64,000 nt of DNA from Adineta vaga (Eukaryota; Animalia; Rotifera). The position numbers were made by a program, and so were the translations under genes. The number at the start of each line of letters is the position of its first letter. Position 1 is the stretch's first letter. Of this stretch, positions 41,062 through 52,627 are shown piece after piece. The stretch covers positions 19,468,001-19,532,000 of the forward strand of contig CP075492.1 of the NCBI GenBank assembly GCA_021613535.1. Reading direction: 5' to 3'. The notes under the pieces are model-generated. The model was not told the DNA's origin. It saw nothing but the letters and a program-made list of their open reading frames with translations, and did not search any database.

Positions 41062-41625
41062 ACACATCCCAATAGGGAAAGGTGTGAATCGACTATAATA
41101 AGAATTAATCGAATGAAAAAGGTCAATTGTACTTATTTGATTAAAATATTTGAATTTGATTTAGCAATTCATATCGGGGAGATGGGTTTCCCCTTCTCAC
41201 TGATAAGACGGGGCTATCAAAGACATATATACATCATAATCATATATGTATAAGCGACATCTATTTTTTTCTATTCATATGAACATTTAATCGATATATC
41301 ATTGAGATCACGCGCGGACGACATGATACGACGAATGATTCATATGGACGAAGTCGATTACCTCACAGGAACACGACACGGTCGATCTCACCACATCACA
41401 GAACAGGAAAGAAAAAGATGTAAACAAGATCATATAGTCATGCCACTTTCATCTATACGCGTACACAAAGACGCGAACATATATATGTACGAATACATAT
41501 ATAATCGACAGGAAGGAAAGAAAAAGAAAAGAAAAGAAAACAGGAATGAAAAATCCAGGCCAACGAAAATAGAATAAAGAAAAACCTAACCTTTAACCGA
41601 ATCTTAGTGCATTTTAGAAACGAAG

Positions 41626-43186
41626 ATGTCTAGACATACATGCAATAACGACAACAACTGGAATGAAACTCGAAAACCAACATCGAAAACGCTAGCAAAC
41701 AGAAGGAAAAATGCTAGAAGGATGGAAAAAAATGAACGATTACGAGAACAATATCCTCAATATCGTCCAGCAACAAACGTCAACATCATCCACATCCATC
41801 ATCGAACAACTGATAGGTCGAGCAAAAGAAACACACCGATATACAATCGACACTGAATCACAATCAAGTCAATCTGGTAATATAGGTGCATTGGTCCAAA
41901 TCGTAATGGTGCATTCACGTGATTATTCAACAGTGTTATTGCTCGAAACTTTCCATTTTCCAGATGCAAATTCATCTATGATGGACAAAATAAAGCAATT
42001 ATGGTCAATCATCTTCAACTCCGGCAACACAATCATCACCTGGGGTACAATCAAGAATGAATTTAAAGATTTCCAACGATTCGAATGGATGAAGATAGGT
42101 AAGATCATACGAAAAAATTTACAAGCTTTGTTTCGGGATCATCAAGATACAGAAATCACGCATCTCGAAAGGGAAAGTCGTGAAATGAAAACCAGAGTAT
42201 CATATGATACACCTGGTTATGATGATTATAATGATGATGATGATGATGAAAATGCAAAGAAAATCAAATATTCATTACAAACAGCTGTTGAAATGACATT
42301 AGAACGATTTATCGACAAATCATTAACACGAAATCCATGGGGTTGTGGTTTGGATTGGAAATTAGGTACATGGCGGTGGAAAACATTTCAAACAAAATAT
42401 TATGATATGCAATTAGAAAAACAAACTCGATTAGATTTGATAAACTATGCTGCATATGATTGTACCTCGGTTACCGAAATCTATTCGATTATGTATCCCG
42501 GACGGGCACAGCAAATTACTAATCAACAACAAACAACAACATTCATACATCGAAATCCAACACCAAAAACCACATCGACAAATCATTATTATCAGGATGT
42601 CATTTCAGATGTAAGTGATGATGAAATCGAATTATTTGCATCACAAACACAATCGAAACCAAACCAATCACAAGAACGTACGATTACAATAACACAACAA
42701 ATTAATGATCGAGAACTTGAACTAAATGTTAATCCTGAACCAAATGATGAACCTGGACCAACAACAAGAATTAAAACCATTAATAATTATATCGATGATA
42801 TGGTTAATATTAGTGAAGATGAATTAATCGAAATTCTGAAACCAAAATTCGATCCAAAACCACAACAACAAACAACCACCATAAGATTAACCAAACAAGA
42901 AAAACAAAAGAAAAAGAATGAAAAGCTCAAATGGAAACGAAAATACCAACCGAATTTCCAAAATTACATTATTCGTCCAATATACAATCGATACGATTAT
43001 ATGAAGATCAGAGCTCAAATGGTGGAAGATAAGATATACACCAGCCACTTCCAAAACATCGATAGAAGAAGGGGTCAGATGAAAATTGGATTTAAATCAA
43101 GTGAAGAAAAAGAAGAAGCAAAATTAAAAATGAAAATAAATTATTTTTCATGCGAACAATTTGAAGCCAGATGGGGAACAAAATGA
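41626..43186 (+). pseudogene. DEDDy 3'-5' exonuclease ORF (RNase D/WRN-like) carried by the retrotransposon; probable frameshift near 41800
   Basis: ExoI YTIDTES, LVQI, ITWG, YSLQTAVE...IDKSLT...W, ExoIII YAAYD. The short ORF at 41626 appears to be the true N-terminus in another frame. Confidence 0.8.
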
Positions 43187-43867
43187 AAAAAAAACAAAAA
43201 ACAGAAAAATAACCGAACAAACAAAATCAAACGAAAAATTCTCCAGCAGCGACAACAACGAATTGAAAGAACAACAACAGATAGGCTAGTAGATTTAACC
43301 AATACATTCATTTATTTAGATAAACAACACAAGCGGACGATCATTCTTACTACACTTAATTATGATGATAATCATACACATGATATCAATGGATATATTA
43401 ATTCAATCAAATTTTTGGTTCACAAGTTATTAATGATACACCATAAAATCGATTAGCAAAATTAGATGGAACAATATTAACATTCTTTTTTTCGATCAAA
43501 TTATTAGCTGATGAAATGAATCACATTGGATGACAGATACATCCTTATTATGTACAAATGGCGAATTACAAACTGATGGAACTTACTTCTAAAGAAACAT
43601 GAATTATGGAAATCCACTGACAACATCTTTAAATACACAAATCGATGAAGAATGAAGAATGCAACAATTGAATGAAGAACATTAACCGACGTTGTTGATA
43701 TATTTTTATATAAAAAGATTAACACTGTTTCGTATCATTTCTGATCAATTCTTATTGGCTAAACATAAACTTGTATCTGCTGTATTTCTCCTTTTTCTCT
43801 TATGTACAGGTAGCATCATTATTATATTTGTGTGTGCGGACACACGGTTCCATATGGAGAAGGCGAT

Positions 43868-44107
43868 TGTTAACGGTAGTTTACATCACTATCTTGAATC
43901 TCTCTATCTCTTTATCTGTCTCTCTGTCTTCTTTTCTCTCTCTATATAAGCGTGTGTTCTGCATGTACAAAAAAGATTCGAATAAACATGAACAAGCTCG
44001 AAGAACGAGCTAACAAAGAATTTCTAGAATCCAAGGAAATAATATACAAAATGTTGTAGAGGACAGCGTCAATACTTGATCATTTGTCCACTAGACTATG
44101 TTAGACA
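43868..44107 (+). repeat. 3' LTR (~240 bp)
   Basis: TG...CA with imperfect inverted ends, preceded by a PPT; TATATAA at ~43943 and AATAAA at 43981. Confidence 0.7.
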
Positions 44108-44179
44108 AGAGTTGCTTTATTTATTTATTTATTTATTAACAGAAAAGATAATTACAACAATGAAGAATGATTTTTTAAT

Positions 44180-45118
44180 GTTTCAGAAAGTTTTAGTTTC
44201 CAGACGCGTAGCAAACGCATTTGCAAGATCATCTAGACTGTTCTAAAGTCGTTCTATACGTTTCAACAGCGAACGCTTAGTCCATCGAACGAAAAGTGAA
44301 ATAAATTATGCAAAAATAAGAAAAATTGCTGATAAACCGATTTCACCGAATTCCGTAATTAGAGTTGAGTTTTGATGGTTAATCTATTTTCTTTCAAGTC
44401 ATCAAGAAGAGTTCTAAAGGAATTTTTAATTATTGACTGATGCGTGGAAAACAATTGTTTATTCATATTTTTAAGAGACCATGGAATAGTTTGTAGTTGT
44501 ACATATTGTTCTGTATCTGACGATTTAATTAAAAAATTTCGACCAGTACAACTGGACGAAGTTAATTTAATACCAGAACAGCTCAATGTATTTCCACATG
44601 GTAGACGTAAGATAGATGGTTCATTGATAATCGTAAAGCCGTTATATAGCCCAGTATCTGTTTGTAATTGACAATACATTGGTTGTCTGTCATGAGAAAA
44701 AAAGCCAAACGTTATTATCGAAGTTAATAAAATCGGTTTGCTTATGATGGGAACGTGTTATTTCACATGAAGTGACAACCTGTTTATTATCATTTAAAAG
44801 TTCTGATAAACAAGGTAAATCATTCAGTCGAATGAACGGCAATTTCTTTGAACAATAAATGAAAATTGAAAATAGACATTCATTCTTGTTTGTAATATCA
44901 GTCCATGTCATAACTGATTGATCTTGTGTATTAACAGCGATAATATTAGGTATATTCGAATAGATAAATTGTTCATTGTTAACAATTGCTGGTAATGGAG
45001 TCAACCGATAGACCGATAGAATATTATCGTTCTCAATCACAGGACAAAAAAAATGATGTAGCAACAATAAGACATGGTTGATTGGGTAACCTATGTTTTT
45101 CATTATTGCCAGTCCCAA
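44180..45118 (-). pseudogene. env-like (fusion glycoprotein) C-terminal remnant of another retroelement
   Basis: Cys-rich ectodomain (LSVYRLTPLP...IPNIIAVN...CLSELL...CEIT; YCQL...PSILRLPCGNTLSC), then TM IGLSAIFLIFA and a basic tail. Frameshifted. Confidence 0.7.
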
Positions 45119-45456
45119 TACATGTAACAGTCACAGCTTGTTAGACAATTGAAGCATCGATTGATCGAATTGATATCAAGAGAATCAAATCATCGATATG
45201 CATCATAATGATTAAAAACATAAATGTTGACTTCTGTCGATTTTTTAAAACTATTTTCTTATGAAAAAGACTTTTGCAATGAATTTGTACAAACAAAATA
45301 GAGTTATAATTTTAAACACGCTTTTTTATCTTACATACCATATATACGCTGATAGACTGTGAACAGCTGTTCATAAAACGATAACTATTGATTAAAATTT
45401 CACATTTTTGAAAGCTCTGTTATAAATGGTAAATATTTTGATGTTGATATTATTTA

Positions 45457-47202
45457 GTGATTCCGACTCGAATAAATCGATGGATTTTAACAACGAATGT
45501 TCAATTGGATTTTCTGTTTTATCATCACAAATGCCAATCACAGTTCCTTCTTCTGCTGGCAATATTTTTATGACTTTATCAGATCTCACTGAATCGCATT
45601 TATATCGAGTATTTTGTTCAAAACGTCGACATTCTTCATCGAACAGCAGCTGCTCTACATCTATACAGCAAACATCTGAACAATTGTATGACCAACAAAA
45701 CAAACCTTCATCATCACATACGACCGGAAATAGCAAGCTTCACTTTATCAAAGGCGATCAAATAACTACTATTGGTAATCTTAAGCTTGTATGGCTTATA
45801 TACGGAGTTGATAATTTCATTTATGCTGGTAAACGTTACGATATATTTCATACCTGTATAATTGACACAGGTTTGTTTATCTTGTATCATGCATACAAAG
45901 CACATTCCGACGAATTTCGTAATATTTTCACATGCAATTCGCTTGATATTTATCAAATTATTTGGCGCACATTCCAACTAGTTGATGCAGAAGGATGGAC
46001 TACAGCTCGCTTCTACCGGCTCACCGAACACAATCTTCTCGAAAATAGAAGTTCAAACGGTGATTATGATCTTATGGATACGATGAAAGCAATTAAGCCT
46101 TTCAATTTATTAAACCTATGCAGAAATATCCTGTAAAATCTAAATGTCCATGTCCTGTCTGTCCTAAACAAGTTCGTGAATACACAAATGTCGATATATC
46201 ATAGACGTAAGTTTTTTTCCAAACTATATCTACCACACAATAAGACAGTAAAGTTTCTGAGTTAGCAGAAAGCTTCTTCTCTACAAAATTGCACAAAAGA
46301 GACAGAAGGTGTTTTTAATCAACACGAATGTGTCTCTAGTCTATTATTTCTTCTTTCGTATATATCACGTTGTCCGAAGGAATAAGAAAGTGTAATAGAA
46401 GGACAAACATGTAAGATGAATATACAATATGTTGTCAATCAACGATGAATGAAGCTGATAAAGAACGAGTAGATAAATAGGATGTGTTGAATCAGTCACA
46501 CATTTCATTGTTTCATAATTTAATTCTTTATCAAACAATGTTGTCTCATCAATCGACTGTTTACATACTGACTGAATTCTTTTTATTGATTCATCATATA
46601 TAATTTTTAATTTGTATTATTCTCAATGTAGGAGAGTCAATCGTGAATTCATGAATTTCATACAAAATTTTGCCAGCACACGAGAACATCAATGTCGAAT
46701 TGATCTCGGTCGTTTTAAACCTCGAAAATATCCAGCAGAATATTCAGTTGACGACAGATTTCCAGTTGTGGATGTAGAGACAAATGTAACTCGTATGAAG
46801 TAAGTGTCAATCTTACCCATTTTCATGTAAACAGTATTGAATTTTAGAAAGCATTATATATGTGAAGCTACTCGAATAGTAGACAAAGCAAAATTTATAC
46901 ACAAAGCACCGTTTGTTATTGTTGATGTTGGGAAAATTTCTGCATCCATGACAGAATTACCAGATCCTCTTTATATTGGTGAATATACGTAAGTTCACAA
47001 CATTTGCAGACCTCATTCATTTTGTATAATATTTAGCTATAATCTGTCTGCCGGTATCAACAACACAAATCAACACTTCACGGCAATTATCAAAGCACAG
47101 GGTGGTACTTATTATCATTTCGATGATACAAATCGTTTGGGATGTGTCATACATGATCGCCGCATGCTCGTCGAATTGGCACTATACGTATTGCAATTAT
47201 AA
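45457..47202 (+). pseudogene. USP/peptidase C19-like cysteine protease, spliced, with frameshift and stop
   Basis: Cys box-like FHTCIIDTGLFILY; CPCPVC; APFVIVDV...LPDPLYIGEY|YNLSAGI; His/Asp box QHFTAIIK...YYHFDD; terminal LALYV. Frameshift near 46090 and TAG at ~46202. Confidence 0.6.
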
Positions 47203-48122
47203 TCAACACGTTTTTGAGGCGAAAAAAATTAAGGAATAATATTTTCAACAGGATATATGATGAATCTTATTCTCTCTTAATTTAATGATATATATCAGCT
47301 TTTCTTGTATTTCATATGATGTCTATATTTTTTCTCTTCCTTCACTCAGCCCGATTTATATATGTCAATATCTTTTCTTTTCTCTGTATTCTATCCGATC
47401 GTTTCTTATTCATTTAAACAAGTCTGTTCATATCTTTCTGTGTTCTTGATTAAACTCATTCATTTGAACACAAAATATCACTAACGATAACCTATATGTT
47501 AATAGCATCTCAATTATACCTACATTTTCTTTCCATTTCTTGTTAAAGATTAAAAGAGCAATGTCATAACATCTATTCTTTCAATCCGATCTATATAATA
47601 ACTCAAATATTTTGACAACCTGTATGAACATGTAACAAAGCTATCATACAAATAGTTGCCCTATGATCCTTTAAATAGTCTATTTCAGCAAAAATTCGAC
47701 TTTTTTAATCCACCACATGAAAAGTATAAAATATATGGCACCTACAATTATTTAAACGTACAAATTTACATTGAAACTGATTTTTAAACATTTCCATAAC
47801 TTACAGTTCTATAAAATCTTCACTTACAAAAGATTACAGCAATGCAAATACTATCCGGTAATTCATACAGAAATATTTCGAGTATATTCCAACTTCCAAA
47901 GCAAATGTCAGCAAGAAATACTGAGTAAAACCACAACTTTTCACAGTATTTTGGTTGAAAACCCTAGTTTTTTATTATAGACCCCCTTCTCATCCGGCAC
48001 CATTCGATGCAGAATGATGAACTCGATCCATCCCAGAAGTATTAGACCCATCCCAAATACCTAAGCGAATGTCAACAGGAAATACTCGAATCTGCTGCTG
48101 ACTTCCATCACGTGGAATAGAA

Positions 48123-48168
48123 TCTACCTGATGAGTCCCTTCAGCAAGGACGAAATCACGATCGTAGA
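48123..48168 (+). ncRNA. Minimal type I hammerhead ribozyme (intact core)
   Basis: Stem I TCTAC/GTAGA; core CTGATGA; stem II GTCC-cttcagcaa-GGAC; GAAA; short stem III ATC-ac-GAT; NUH = ATC, predicted cut after C48163. Confidence 0.9.
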
Positions 48169-48299
48169 ATGCTTTACTCACTCCTACTATACATATACCA
48201 TATTTCTTAAGTATGCCTTAATTAGGTATTCTAAAGATCCATTATGGTTATTCCACTTAATCTTTGATTTTCGAATCAATTGGATAGCTTGGAATAGAA

Positions 48300-48345
48300 T
48301 CTACCTAATGAATCCCTTCAGCAAGGACGAAATCGCGATCGTAGA
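48300..48345 (+). ncRNA. Second tandem hammerhead copy, core mutated (CTAATGA)
   Basis: TCTAC CTAATGA ATCC cttcagcaa GGAC GAAA TCGCGATC GTAGA. Two G>A changes relative to copy 1; stem III is the perfect palindrome ATCGCGAT. Confidence 0.75.
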
Positions 48346-48838
48346 ATGCTTTACTCACCCACACCCACACCCTCAAGATATTTGCACGCCCTTCTTCTGT
48401 AATATAACGAAAGAATGCATATGCGCCTATGTATGAGAAAAAGAATGCTATACATTGTTTCACATTCACCATTGGTGTATACTTTTCCCACTAGAAATAA
48501 AGGCGCAATACAGGTAAAAATTCAATTTCTCACTATATTGTACAAATGCGCACTGTTTTGCATTTTTAATCTTCATTTCAACTTAAACAATATATTCAGT
48601 AAATACCCGTACATATTGTTTTTAGCTTATTACTATCTCAATACAAATTAACATCATTATAATATCGATAATAACTCAACTAGCCAGTATTATTTGAACT
48701 ATAGTTTTATTACAACGACACTCACCGTTGTGAACACTACCTATCGACTCTTTTCGATGGAAATTTGAAGTTAATATTGACAGGACTTTGGTCTTTTCAA
48801 TTGAATTTTGAATTTCTAACCAACTATGTAGATTTGAT

Positions 48839-48888
48839 GCCACCTGATGATCGACTTCTTAAACAAGGGTGGAAAACCGGTTTGTGGT
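48839..48888 (+). ncRNA. Third minimal hammerhead motif from a different sequence family
   Basis: GCCAC CTGATGA tcgacttcttaaacaagggtg GAAA ACCGGTTT GTGGT. Stem I CCAC/GTGG; palindromic stem III AAACCGGTTT; imperfect stem II. Confidence 0.65.
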
Positions 48889-49142
48889 TGTTCTTTGTTT
48901 AAACTCACACCCTCAAGAGATCCTTAATCAACATTGAAGCACATCGTGTGACGCTTGAAATTATGGTTTATTTTTTGTGCGAGAACAAAAAAACTGAGTA
49001 AAATCGTATGCGAAAGCCGTGTAAAAGAGAAATTATCTCTGGATGGAAATGAAAAAGGATAGAGAAAAAAAATGAGGCACTTTTCTCTTTTCATATGAAA
49101 ACTATTTTAATTTTTTCATAAATGTTATTCTATAATCTATAC

Positions 49143-51588
49143 TAAAAAGTATGCACTACAAAAGCATTTAAAAAAGTCTCGGGAAGTACGTTCATCGAAT
49201 AGTTATCATTCAGACGATCATATGCATTCGCAGATAATGTCTCTTGCCAATCCTGACTTGACCATTCGGGTGAATTCAGACAAGCTAATTTGGCCAGATC
49301 CATCTGTGTCAGCCAGAAAAACACAAAGATCAACACGATACTAAAATAAACAATGGTTGTAAACAAATTAATTCAACTTTTCATTAAATTAAAAATTACT
49401 TCATCGGTAAGGATTGCCAAGAAGGCTCGGAGTTCATCGGGTGAAATCAGACCGTCTGATAGTCGGATTGTCCGACCGTAGAGGCCTCTACTGCATTGAT
49501 CGAGAATGTCGAAGGCGCGTTTAATGTCTGATTCTTGTTCCTGATTATTGCCTAACATGAATACTTGCAAGACTTGTAAGAAATCTTCCCATACCAATTT
49601 TGGAGCTGATGAAGAAACTTTCGCTACAATAGAATGAATTAGCAAAAGATTACATAGATGATAGCCTAAGAATAGATTGTACTGACCGTTTTTGTATTCT
49701 TGCTCCGTTATAGTGCGAGAATGAACAGATACGCCGTCTTCGAGCAATTCCACACTAACACTTGTAGTACGATCATCAACCATTTGCACCTTGTATTTGG
49801 CAGTTCTAGTCGACCACATTGATGATGCAGGAAAGGAGAAGCTTGCTATTCGTTTAATGAAACTTAACAAGTAGAAATGATATGAATGCACTTACCAGGT
49901 CTCACGAATTTCCGGTAAATTTGCATACCAGGAGTATCTAACAATTTTAACAAGCAAATAAGACAAGTAACTATGATATGTAATGAAAATGATATACTTA
50001 CAATCAGCTGGAAGCAGACCGTATTGAAAGTAATCGAATAATCCTCGTCGTCGAGAAGATTTACTGCTTCTGTATTGCTCATCTATTTCAAGATCATAAG
50101 ATGAAATCAAGTGAAAGTCTCATAAGATTAACTGCAAGTGGTAAGCAATATTAAATTAATTATTTTTAGATTTCAGAGTGTGACCGCACTACGTCGACGG
50201 TGTGGGTGGTGATGGATTCAAGATCCAACACCCATACCCACCCTTGCAGTTATTTTTCATTTTAAAACACTTCCTATTCCTCTCTGTCAAAATCTGGAAG
50301 TCTTAGAGAAGGACAGAATATTTGAAAAAAGTCTTACCATGCAGGTATCGGCCTCCACTTGATGTTTCATAACTAATAGCACTTCCGCTCCACGTCTCTG
50401 AGTGAGGATACGAGCACATGGAACTGCCGTTTCGTATAAATGCGTGGTAATGTTGGTTACCTCCCTCTAATACATGATGACCATGCATTCCATAGAAACT
50501 GACATGTCCTGAAATTGCTGATGGTTCCGGGAGTGTCTGAAACAAACAACTTTTTTGTATAGTCAATTTTTTATGTGAAAGATCATACTAAATCTTCAAA
50601 AACACCAGCTTCACGAGCCCGTTGAATAAGCGTCGCTGCGTCTAAAAGTGATGACCCATAACGAGCGCGATAACGTTCGGGATCTTCTCGTTCAAAAAGC
50701 TTTTCAAGCCGGCGATGTACGGATGCCTGAGTAGCGTCATATTGGATAATCTTAAAGAATGGCTCTGAGTATCTCATAGCAGGAGGAGCTGGATATGTGA
50801 TTGTTTCACGTTCAGGTCGAGGCCCATACGGAAGCCATCGCTCAATTAAAACATCGGCTAAACAATGACAAAGAAAAGAAATGAAAAGAAAGCTGAAGAT
50901 AATATTTTACGCGGCCGTTGTGAAAGAGCTGGATAACGTTTGATAAGAACTGATCGTGGTGGAACAGGCATCGGAGGTAGATATTTAGTAACTATAAAAC
51001 AAAGCATATAGATCAATGCAATCAATATAGTTGTAAACATTTTCTTAAATTATGTATATTTTCACCTGTTTCACTGGGAATAACCGGTGGTGGTGTGGGT
51101 GGTTCTTCACGGAGGATAATTGGAGGTTGTTCTTCAGGAAGTGGTGGATATTCGTTTATGACAAGTGTTGGCGGTGGTGCTGGTTGTGGTGGACGCAGTT
51201 CTCTGATAACAAGTGGCTAAAATCATCAAACAAAGGTTCATCAGATTGTATTTACAAACATATATATGTGTCTTATTACTCCTGGTGGTGGAAGTGCTGG
51301 TGGTTGAAGATATCGAATACAAATGAGTTGGTCATTCGATCCTGAACTTCCATCTTCCATATGAGTTAATACTTCTCGAACAATCTGTGGACTAGACGGC
51401 CGATAAATATTCTCGGTTAGATTTTCCAGATATTCATTCGTTTCCATAACAGTCGTTGTATTGACTATTACAGTCTCCGTAGATTCAACAGCTTGTCCTG
51501 AACCTCCAAGTTCCAAAAATTGATGGCGAAAGAAACCACTGGTAGTATTGGCATCATATAACCGAACAACGCTTCTATCATCATCGCC
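49143..51588 (-). CDS. Proline-rich repeat protein with a C-terminal EF-hand-containing extension; first exon not located
   Basis: Exons IRYLQPPALPPPG|PLVIRELRPPQPAPPP...IILREEPPTPPP|VTKYLPPMPVPPRSVLIKRYP|...ERWLPYGP...YRARYGSSLL. Splice phases connect in frame to DEQYRSS...|YTPGMQ...|ASFSFP...IKRAFDILD...DGLISPDELRAFL. Confidence 0.7.
50199..50245. repeat. Telomeric-repeat fold-back (intronic)
   Basis: GGTGTGGGTGGTG-atggattcaagatccaa-CACCCCATACCCACCCT. Confidence 0.7.
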
Positions 51589-51606
51589 TAGTATACAAAT
51601 TTCATT

Positions 51607-51677
51607 GGGGGTGGGTGTGGTGTGAGTGTGGGTATGGGTGAAACAGTGACAACTACATTGACATTCACACCCACTCA
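51607..51677. repeat. Telomeric-repeat fold-back
   Basis: GGGGGTGGGTGTGGTGTGAGTGTGGGTATGGGTG-aaacagtgacaactacattgacatt-CACACCCACTCA. Confidence 0.7.
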
Positions 51678-52554
51678 AAAAGCAACGCGGATGGGTGTGG
51701 TCTCATAAAAATCAACGTTTCTCAAATTAGCGATTTTGGAACGTGTCGCACTCAACACAAATCACCTGCATCACCAGCAAAATGAGTAGCCCTAAGAGGC
51801 CCACCTTTAGTCTACAACTTGATATAAAAATTGGAATGGGCTCTCGATGGTCAGTGTCCTAAGTGTAATTCTCTGGCTATACGATCCATCAAGATCCCGT
51901 GACAATTTTTGTGCCAAATACAGGACATATGTATGGCTTTCAAGGGAAACTACCTCACGTGTCGGCCATCCGATCTCTTTCGAGCAAAATACAGCCCAAA
52001 ATCCGCAATTTAAAAAAAAGCCAGTTTGGCAGAAGTTAGTCATGTCGAACGATTCATCCAAAAAATGCTGAAATTTTCAACAAAACAGGTGTGACAAAGG
52101 TCTACACAGCAAATGACTTTCACACCACCCTCATGTTCTAGTCCAAAAATATAGTAGTGTAATATACCTGGAAGTAGTATTTTCATACTAACAAAACAGT
52201 ATCTCCAGCAAATTGATTGAGACATGCTAGTTATTCTGCTAATGGTACTACTAACTATCTACCTTCACTCAAATCTTCAACACTATCGATTGTACATTTC
52301 TCAAGATACAACCGTCTCAAAAGTCCATTTTTTTGATAAGCAGAATTCTCAGGTCACGCATAAAATCGCACTAACAAATCCTACGCACAATATTTTCGAA
52401 TCAATTTGCGCCAAAAATGGTCAAATACTTGCGTGCATCACACATGTAAAAATGAACAAGATCAAAGATCATCGACTAAGCACTCCCATTGAAATCGGTC
52501 GTTGACAGAGAATAGAATTGGACACTCCAAAAGCATGAAACAAAAAACGATAAC

Positions 52555-52627
52555 GCGCGAAGATGGAATCGAACCATTGTCCTGCTGTACTCACGAGCAT
52601 GCTCTCAGCCCACTGAGCTCTATGAGC
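52555..52627 (-). tRNA. tRNA-like Pol III unit (pseudo-tRNA or SINE head; apparent anticodon GAG)
   Basis: Minus strand GCTCATAGAGCTCAGTGGGCTGAGAGCATGCTCGTGAGTACAGCAGGACAATGGTTCGATTCCATCTTCGCGC. A box, D stem GCTC/GAGC, anticodon stem TGCT/AGCA, B box GGTTCGATTCC, T6 terminator 8 nt downstream. Acceptor stem pairs poorly. Confidence 0.6.

Larger units (their letters stand above)
40491..44107 (+). mobile_element. 3' half of a Ty3/Gypsy LTR retrotransposon with an extra DEDDy exonuclease ORF
   Basis: Integrase C-half, extra ORF, purine tract GGAGAAGGCGA immediately before a TGTTAAC...GTTAGACA LTR containing AATAAA (43981). Confidence 0.85.
47545..48378 (+). mobile_element. Degenerate Penelope-like element 3' part with a tandem hammerhead-containing pseudo-LTR
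   Basis: Decayed RT thumb/linker-like peptides (KYKIYGTYNYLN; LKLIFKHF; SGTIRC). A 177-bp-period direct repeat contains the hammerhead motif and ends in ACTCACCCACACCCACACCCTCAAGA. Confidence 0.6.
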
